In this document: positions 63,955 to 64,000 of the stretch, piece after piece
Numbering within the stretch: position 1 is the first letter of the stretch
Layout of the letters: each line of letters opens with the position of its first letter
IMG/VR virus record: IMGVR_UViG_3300037245_002806
Span: 35,906 to 99,905 of that record
Length of the DNA stretch: 64,000 nucleotides
Reading direction: 5' to 3' (one strand)
DNA from: a virus
Notes under the pieces: generated by a model
Told to the model about the DNA's origin: nothing
The model's input: the letters and a program-made list of their open reading frames with translations, nothing else
The model's database searches: none
Position numbers and translations under genes: made by a program

Positions 63955-64000
63955 GGGCTCGGGATCCGGGGTTGGTATCCGAATCCCGACCCGCTTTCTA

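Noticed and set aside
1-64000. Stop-codon reassignment, diversity-generating retroelement, intron/intein or integrase
   Set aside because: Core genes are intact in the standard code with TAG, TGA and TAA all used as stops; no reverse transcriptase, TR/VR pair, homing endonuclease, intein or recombinase motif was recognised

Overview
The window is part of a large, GC-rich tailed dsDNA phage genome (HK97-fold capsid, long tape measure, no sheath gene recognised, so probably siphovirus-like). The host is probably a diderm bacterium, inferred from the GH108 endolysin, Sec signal peptides and sigma54/IHF-like sites. Positions 1-12,050 are an early/accessory region of small, often Zn-finger ORFs in two divergent arms. 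Eight near-identical sigma70-type promoters there place an ATG at the predicted +1. This region also encodes a SprT protease, a SpoT/Mesh1-like HD hydrolase and an NPPF methyltransferase, and holds a non-coding repeat array with a 3-2-1-0 'countdown' structure. Positions 12,046-54,700 (minus strand) are the virion and lysis module: portal-MuF fusion, a 969-aa prohead protease, major capsid protein, neck, tail tube, a -1 frameshifted chaperone pair, tape measure, tail tip, holin/endolysin and a repeat-fibre module, punctuated by a repeated 16-bp putative late-promoter motif. Between portal and terminase sit a SNF2 helicase plus RHH gene (+) and a five-gene overlapping operon (PAPS-reductase-like, ParB-like, methyltransferase, GT25-like glycosyltransferase, sucrose-phosphate synthase/phosphatase-like fusion). 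The most unusual signals are: (i) four consecutive fibre-like or beta-rich genes right after the tape measure, all with Sec-type signal peptides, a predicted mature N-terminal Gln and even Cys counts, suggesting virion parts matured in the periplasm; (ii) a dispersed glycosylation/sulfation/modification toolkit; (iii) the countdown repeat array. All calls come from manual motif reading; no database searches were run.
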